A stretch of DNA of 39,013 bases from Acidimicrobiales bacterium. Its GTDB lineage: Bacteria; Actinomycetota; Acidimicrobiia; Acidimicrobiales; DATKAS01. Positions within the stretch are counted from its first letter, which is position 1. Each line of letters opens with the position of its first letter. Shown one piece after another: positions 34,273 through 39,013 of this stretch. The stretch lies in assembly GCA_035497855.1 (NCBI GenBank), contig DATKAS010000189.1:1-39013 (forward strand), given 5' to 3'. The position numbers and the translations under genes are program-made. Under the pieces are notes generated by a model that saw nothing but the letters and a program-made list of their open reading frames with translations, ran no database searches and was not told where the DNA came from.

Positions 34273-34334
34273 GACCGTTCGCGCGATCGGGGCACCATGC
34301 CGCGGGCGAGCGCGCGAACGCGAGAGCCGAGCGT

Positions 34335-35309
34335 CTAGAGCCAGTCGCGCTTCTTCAGGAAGACGAACAGCACCGTCGTCAGGATCAGCATCATCGCGAT
34401 CGCGCTCGGGTAGCCGAGGTACCACCGCAGCTCGGGCATGTGGGTGAAGTTCATGCCGTAGATGCCGGCGATGAGCGTCGCGCCGAGCAGGATCGATCCC
34501 CACCCGGTCATCGTCTTCATGACCTCGTTCATGCGCTGGCCGCTGAGCGCGAGGAGCGCGTCCATCTCGCTCTGCACGAGCTCACGGTGGCCCGAGATCT
34601 GCTCGTTGGCCCGCAGCACGTGGTGGCGGAGGTTCTCGAACTCCTTCCTGTTCTCGGCGCCGACCCACTTCACGTTGCCCTCGCTCAGCTTGGCGGCGAC
34701 CTCCTCGAGCGGTTGCACCTTGAGCTGGAGAGCGACGAGCTCGCGGCGGATCTTGAACAACCGCTTCTGGATCTCCTTCGTCTCCGAGCCCCTCATCGGC
34801 TGGTCGGCGAAGATCTGCTGCTCGATCTGCTCGATCTGCTCCTCGAGCTCGGAAGCGCGCGCGATGCAGTCGTCGACGAGGGCATCGAGCACGCACCACG
34901 CGAGCATCCCGATCGAGCCGATGTCGCCCTGCCCGAAGCGTGCGACGAGGGCATCCACCGGCCACGTGCGTCCTGCTTGGTTCTGCTGGCGGAAGGTGGA
35001 CAGCCAGCGGTCGCCGATGAGCAGGTTCACGGGGCTGAGGTCGCCGGAATACGCCGCGATGAACGCGTGGTGCTCGAAGATCTCGATCTTCGTGCGCGGC
35101 GCGGCGCCCGCGTCGCGCCGACCGCCGTCACGGATGTCGTCGACGGCGAGGTCGTCGATCTTGAACTCCTCGACGAGCCGGTCGGCCTCTCCCGGCGCGA
35201 GGTCGGTGATGTCGACCCACACGAAGCAACCTGCGTCGAGCGCCGTGTCGATGTCGTTGGGATCCGGGATCAGGTCGACTCGCCCGCCCTCGTTCTTCCA
35301 CGCCGTGAT
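34335..35309 (-). CDS. corA: CorA family magnesium/cobalt transporter
   Basis: YGMNF motif and two C-terminal TM helices. The GTG at 35307-35309 (VITAWKNEGGRVDLIP...) is preferred over the ATG at 35390, because the 35310-35390 stretch contains the LexA box and -10 element of the divergent imuA' gene. Confidence 0.8.
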   Translation of the reverse strand: MTAWKNEGGRVDLIPDPNDIDTALDAGCFVWVDITDLAPGEADRLVEEFKIDDLAVDDIRDGGRRDAGAAPRTKIEIFEHHAFIAAYSGDLSPVNLLIGDRWLSTFRQQNQAGRTWPVDALVARFGQGDIGSIGMLAWCVLDALVDDCIARASELEEQIEQIEQQIFADQPMRGSETKEIQKRLFKIRRELVALQLKVQPLEEVAAKLSEGNVKWVGAENRKEFENLRHHVLRANEQISGHRELVQSEMDALLALSGQRMNEVMKTMTGWGSILLGATLIAGIYGMNFTHMPELRWYLGYPSAIAMMLILTTVLFVFLKKRDWL

Positions 35310-35360
35310 CACGCGGCGGAGCGTAGGCGGCTGACCTGCGCCGACAGCGCCCTGGACGAG

Positions 35361-35376
35361 TCGAACACACGTTCGG
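35361..35376. promoter_or_regulatory. LexA (SOS) box, actinobacterial type, upstream of imuA'
   Basis: TCGAACacacGTTCGg matches TCGAAC-N4-GTTCGA at 11 of 12 positions. It is followed directly by TACAGT (a -10-like TAnnnT) and then 6 nt to the ATG at 35389. Confidence 0.75.
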
Positions 35377-35388
35377 TACAGTCGGCTC

Positions 35389-36081
35389 ATGGCGAGCGGA
35401 GCCACCGCGCTGACTGCCGACATCACGGGGCGGGCGAAGCCCGTCACGCTCGCCCGCGAGCAGGTGCTGCCGGTCATCGCGCCCCTCACGACGCTCCTCC
35501 CCCAGGGGCTCGTGCGCGGCACGACGGTCGCGGTCGAGGGCACGAGTGGCGTCACGTCGCTCGCGTTGGCGCTCGCGGCCGAAGCGTCGCAGGAAGGGTC
35601 GTGGGTCGCGGCTGTCGGTGTGCCGTGGCTCGGCCTCGGTGCAGCCGCTGAGTGCGGCGTCGTGCTCGAGCGCTTCGCCGTCGTGTCCGCGCCAGAGCGC
35701 AGCGAATGGGCGACCGTCGTCGCCGCGCTCGTCGACGCGATCGACATCGTGCTCGTGAACCCACCTCCACGAGTGGCGATGGGCGACGCACGCCGGTTGG
35801 CCGCTCGCGCACGAGAGCGCGGTGCGGTGCTGCTCGCAGTGGGAGCGACGAGCGCGTTGACGGTCGACGTGCGTTGCACGATCACCGAGTCGCAATGGTC
35901 GGGCGTCGAGCACGGTGCCGGTCATCTGCAGTCGCGGCGCGTCACGGTCACGGCGGCAGGGCGGGGGAGCGCGGCGCGCCCTCGCACGGCGTCGCTCTGG
36001 CTGCCCGGGCGCGACGGCGTGATCGCGACGTGTGACGACATTGCCGAAGTGACCCCACTGCGGCGCGCGGAGGCGGGGTGA
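35389..36081 (+). CDS. imuA': ImuA' (RecA/SulA-like component of the SOS mutasome)
   Basis: 230 aa with a degenerate RecA-like P-loop region (GTTVAVEGTSGVTSLALALAAEASQEGSWVAAVG). Sits immediately upstream of imuB and behind a LexA box. Confidence 0.7.
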   Translation: MASGATALTADITGRAKPVTLAREQVLPVIAPLTTLLPQGLVRGTTVAVEGTSGVTSLALALAAEASQEGSWVAAVGVPWLGLGAAAECGVVLERFAVVSAPERSEWATVVAALVDAIDIVLVNPPPRVAMGDARRLAARARERGAVLLAVGATSALTVDVRCTITESQWSGVEHGAGHLQSRRVTVTAAGRGSAARPRTASLWLPGRDGVIATCDDIAEVTPLRRAEAG

Positions 36082-36084
36082 GCG

Positions 36085-37656
36085 GTGCGCACGCTCGTGC
36101 TCTGCTGCCCGGAGTGGTCGGTCGTCGCAGCAGGCGCGGTGCCCGATCAGCCGCTCGCGGTCGTGCACGCCAACCGCGTGGTCGCGTCGTCGCCCGCCGC
36201 GCGGCTCGAAGGGGTGACGCCCGGGCTGCGCCGCCGTGAAGCGCAAGGGCGATGCCCGAGCCTCGAGGTGGTCGCTGCCGATCCCGCGCGCGACGCCAGA
36301 GCGTTCGAGCCGCTCGCGGTCGCGCTCGATGCACTCACCCCCTGCATCGAGATCACTCGCCCCGGCACGATCGCGTTCGCGACGCGTGGGCCTTCTCGCT
36401 ACTTCGGTGGAGACGATGCGCTGACCGAGCGGGTCGTCGCACTCGCCGCCGAGGCGCTCGGTGCCCGAGTCGAGGTCGCGGGAGCTCCAGTCGTCGGCAT
36501 CGCGGACAGCGCGTTCGCTGCCCAGCTCGCCGCTCGATGCGCAGACGGTGCCGCGGCACGTGTGATCCCGCATGGCGCATCCGCTGTGTTCCTTGCGCCA
36601 CTGCCCACGACCGCGTTCCCTGTGATCGAGCCCGACCTCGGCTTCGACGACCTCGTCGACCTGCTCGCCCGGCTCGGCATCCGCACGCTCGGACAGCTCG
36701 CGGCGCTCCCGGGGTCTGATGTCGCGGCGCGCTTCGGTCCTCTCGGCGCGCTCGCGCATCGGCTCGCAGACGGGCGCGACGGCCGGCTGCTCGACGAGCG
36801 TCCGGTGCCACCCGAGCTCGCGGTCGTCGCCGAGCTCGACCCTCCAGCGGAGCGAGTCGACCACGCTGCGTTCGTCGCGAAGGCGCTGGCCGACGAGCTG
36901 CAAGATCGCCTCGACGCGCGTGGGCTGGCGTGCACACGCATCGCCATCGAGGCCGAGACCGAGCACGGCGAGCACCTCGTGCGGCTCTGGCGCCACGAAG
37001 GTGGGCTCACGCCCGCTGCGGTCGCAGAGCGGGCGCGGTGGCAGCTCGACGGCTGGCTGCACTCGACGCAGCGTCCGACGAGCGGCATCACGTTGCTGCG
37101 GCTGGTGCCCGACGAGGTCGGCGCGGCGCGCGGTCACCAGATGGGGTTCTGGGGAGGCCGCACGCTCGCCGACGACCGGGCCGCCCGCGCCCTCGCGCGT
37201 GTGCAAGGCCTGCTCGGCGTCGACGCGGTGTCATTGCCCGAGGCGCGCGGCGGGCGATCACCGGGAGAGCACGTTGCGCTCGTCCCCGTCGGCCTCGCCG
37301 AGCCCGGTCGGATGATGGCCCCCGCACCCGACGCGCCATGGCCGGGTCGCGTGCCGCCGCCGTTGCCTGCCGCGGTGCACAAGGTGCGTCGTTCGGTCGA
37401 GGTGCGTGACAGACATGGCGAGCCGGTCGTCGTGAGCGGGCGCGGCCTCCTCAGCTGCCCGCCGGCGACGATCGAGAGCAACGGTCGCACCGAGGACATC
37501 GACGCGTGGTCGGGGCCGTGGGTGTTCGACGAGCGGTGGTGGGCGGCCGAGGAGCGACGCCGTCAGGCGCGCCTGCAGATCGTCACCGCGAGCGGCACCG
37601 CGCACCTGCTCGTGCTCGAGCAGCGGAGGTGGTGGATCGAAGCGACCTATGACTGA
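36085..37656 (+). CDS. imuB: ImuB (catalytically inactive Y-family polymerase homologue)
   Basis: MRTLVLCCPEWSV...VVHANRVVASSPAARLEGVTPGLRRREAQGRCPSL is a Y-family fold start in which the DinB catalytic acidic motif is replaced. 523 aa; GTG start 4 nt after the imuA' stop. Confidence 0.8.
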   Translation: MRTLVLCCPEWSVVAAGAVPDQPLAVVHANRVVASSPAARLEGVTPGLRRREAQGRCPSLEVVAADPARDARAFEPLAVALDALTPCIEITRPGTIAFATRGPSRYFGGDDALTERVVALAAEALGARVEVAGAPVVGIADSAFAAQLAARCADGAAARVIPHGASAVFLAPLPTTAFPVIEPDLGFDDLVDLLARLGIRTLGQLAALPGSDVAARFGPLGALAHRLADGRDGRLLDERPVPPELAVVAELDPPAERVDHAAFVAKALADELQDRLDARGLACTRIAIEAETEHGEHLVRLWRHEGGLTPAAVAERARWQLDGWLHSTQRPTSGITLLRLVPDEVGAARGHQMGFWGGRTLADDRAARALARVQGLLGVDAVSLPEARGGRSPGEHVALVPVGLAEPGRMMAPAPDAPWPGRVPPPLPAAVHKVRRSVEVRDRHGEPVVVSGRGLLSCPPATIESNGRTEDIDAWSGPWVFDERWWAAEERRRQARLQIVTASGTAHLLVLEQRRWWIEATYD

Positions 37657-37659
37657 TGG

Positions 37660-38151
37660 CTACGACGGAGCGGGAACGTCGATGATGCGCGCGCGTGGAG
37701 CGCCGTCGCCGACGACGAGCTCGCCGACCGTGAGCTCGGCCGCGAGCGACGGGCTGCCGGGGTTCACGAGCAGCACGCCACTGTCGTCTTCGATCACCGG
37801 CGCGTGCGTGCCGCCGAACACGACGACATCGACCGAACGACCGAACATCGCGGCCCAATCTGTTCCCGCTCGCGGATCGGGCACGGAGAACGTCAGCCCG
37901 ATCGCAGCGCCGTTCGCGTCGATGACGATCGGCCCGTCGTCGAGGCGACCCGGGATCGGATCGGGATCGTCGGTGTTCCGCGTCGCGCGCACCGGCGCGA
38001 TGCGCTCGAGGTCGTCGAGCACTGCCATCGTCGTGATGTCCCCGCAGAGGAGGACCAGGTCGACGCCGGCGAGCGCCGCGCTGACCCTCGCGCACACTGC
38101 CGGCCAGTCGCAGAGGTTGTCGTGGGTGTCGGACACGAGGCCGATGCGCAT
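37660..38151 (-). CDS. Metallophosphoesterase (YfcE/MJ0936-like)
   Basis: MRIGLVSDTHDN...LLCGDI...VVFGGTHAP...LVNPGS are the classic calcineurin-like phosphoesterase motifs. Confidence 0.8.
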   Translation of the reverse strand: MRIGLVSDTHDNLCDWPAVCARVSAALAGVDLVLLCGDITTMAVLDDLERIAPVRATRNTDDPDPIPGRLDDGPIVIDANGAAIGLTFSVPDPRAGTDWAAMFGRSVDVVVFGGTHAPVIEDDSGVLLVNPGSPSLAAELTVGELVVGDGAPRARIIDVPAPS

Positions 38152-38207
38152 CGCGCGATGTTCGCGCCGGACGGGTGATGAGCGCCCTGGCTACAGCCTC
38201 TGGACGG

Positions 38208-38223
38208 TCGAACATGTGTTCGA
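38208..38223. promoter_or_regulatory. LexA (SOS) box, perfect palindrome, upstream of dnaE2
   Basis: TCGAACatgtGTTCGA is followed by TACCCT and then 6 nt to the ATG at 38236. The geometry is the same as at imuA'. Confidence 0.8.
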
Positions 38224-38235
38224 TACCCTCGGCTC

Positions 38236-39013
38236 ATGGGGTTCGGCAATCCGCAGGTGCCGTGGATCGAGCTCGAGCACCAGCTCTCCGATCGTGGGCG
38301 CGACGGCCGTCCTCCCGGCTCGCCGCCGTGGACGAACGCCGGTGGCGACAGCCCCGCGTGGTCACGCCGGCGCCAGCCGTACAAGGCGCCCCAGAGCCTC
38401 GAGCGCCGCGCCGACGCGGTGCCGTACGCCGAGCTGCACTGCCATTCGAACTTCAGCTTCCTCGACGGCGCGAGCCATCCGGAAGAGCTCGTCGAAGAAG
38501 CCGTGCGGCTCGGGCTCGAAGCCCTTGCCATCACCGACCATGACGGCTTCTACGGCGTGGTGCGCTTCGCGGAGGCGGCGCGCGAGGTCGGCCTGCCCAC
38601 GGTGTTCGGTGCCGAGCTCACGCTCGGGGCGACGACACCACAGAACGGTGTGGCCGATCCCGCAGGCACGCATCTGATCGTGCTCGCCTCCGGCCCCGAC
38701 GGCTACGCGCGGCTCGGTCGTGCGATCAGCCACGCGCAGATGGCAGGGGAGAAGGGTGCACCGCGCACCTCGCTCGCCGCGCTCGCAGACGAGGCAGGCG
38801 ACTGGTGGGTGCTCTCCGGTTGCCGCAAGGGCGCGGTCTGCTCTGCCCTCATCGAGCACGGCCCCGCGGCGGCAGCACGCGAGCTGCAGCGCCTCGTCGA
38901 TGCGTTCGGGCGCGATCGCGTCGCCGTCGAGCTGTGGGATCACGGTGACCCGCTCGACTCGGTGCGCAACGACGCACTCGCCGAGCTCGCGGTGCGCGCC
39001 GGCGTCGCCTGCA
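38236..39013 (+). CDS. dnaE2: Error-prone DNA polymerase III alpha-subunit homologue DnaE2 (5' portion; continues beyond the window end)
   Basis: Hand translation from ATG 38236: MGFGNPQVPWIELEHQLS...YAELHCHSNFSFLDGASHPEELVEEAVRLGLEALAITDHDGFYGVVRF (PHP domain). Open to the window end, so it is not in the ORF track. Confidence 0.85.
   Translation, partial: MGFGNPQVPWIELEHQLSDRGRDGRPPGSPPWTNAGGDSPAWSRRRQPYKAPQSLERRADAVPYAELHCHSNFSFLDGASHPEELVEEAVRLGLEALAITDHDGFYGVVRFAEAAREVGLPTVFGAELTLGATTPQNGVADPAGTHLIVLASGPDGYARLGRAISHAQMAGEKGAPRTSLAALADEAGDWWVLSGCRKGAVCSALIEHGPAAAARELQRLVDAFGRDRVAVELWDHGDPLDSVRNDALAELAVRAGVAC

Noticed and set aside
35128-37206. 692-aa minus-strand ORF
   Set aside because: It is antisense to imuA' and imuB. 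It is Arg-rich with no motifs.
1-39013. Mobile elements, prophage, integrase or transposase genes, or defence islands
   Set aside because: No recombinase, transposase, phage structural, restriction-modification, Cas or abortive-infection hallmark motifs appear in any credible frame. I noticed no compositional break by eye. The window looks like core chromosome.

Overview
The window is a very GC-rich, densely packed chromosomal segment with actinobacterial character. The evidence is G/C-dominated third codon positions, many ATGA/GTGA overlapping stop/start junctions, F420 and mycothiol-type genes, an HU gene, an imuA'-imuB-dnaE2 cassette and mycobacterial-type LexA boxes. I support about 43 protein-coding genes, two of them truncated at the window edges and therefore missing from the ORF track. 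I see no rRNA, tRNA, CRISPR array, transposase or integrase.

Gene content, in order:
- A V4R/GAF sensor (partial) and an F420-type LLM oxidoreductase.
- PhoH2 (PIN-PhoH).
- lutABC followed on the same strand by a polar-amino-acid ABC transporter.
- CMD, HIT and GNAT genes.
- A SigK/RskA-like ECF sigma/anti-sigma pair, followed by a catalytically degenerate Ser/Thr kinase homologue translationally coupled to a zinc-ribbon/FHA protein.
- An HU gene followed by a separate lysine/alanine-repeat (H1-like tail) gene.
- Mycothiol/F420-related genes (DinB/TIGR03084-like, PIG-L deacetylase, fbiD/cofC).
- A GH38 alpha-mannosidase-family gene.
- A coupled rpiB-selD-rnhB trio.
- marR flanked by two yceI paralogues.
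- A five-gene minus-strand operon behind what I read as a cobalamin riboswitch.
- DUF1269, alpha/beta-hydrolase, acyl-CoA dehydrogenase and corA genes.
- The SOS mutasome genes imuA'-imuB-(antisense phosphoesterase)-dnaE2.

The most interesting candidate system is the riboswitch-led operon (about 25088-31243, minus strand). It encodes an LPXTG-anchored prenyltransferase/terpene-cyclase-like alpha/alpha-toroid protein and a membrane-anchored DUF4430-like beta-domain protein, followed by a dedicated ECF transporter (T, fused A-A', S). The two surface proteins together resemble the two domains of transcobalamin/intrinsic factor split into two polypeptides. That suggests a cell-surface corrinoid capture device feeding an ECF importer.

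All family calls come from motif and architecture recognition by eye. No database search was possible, so they need HMM or structure confirmation.
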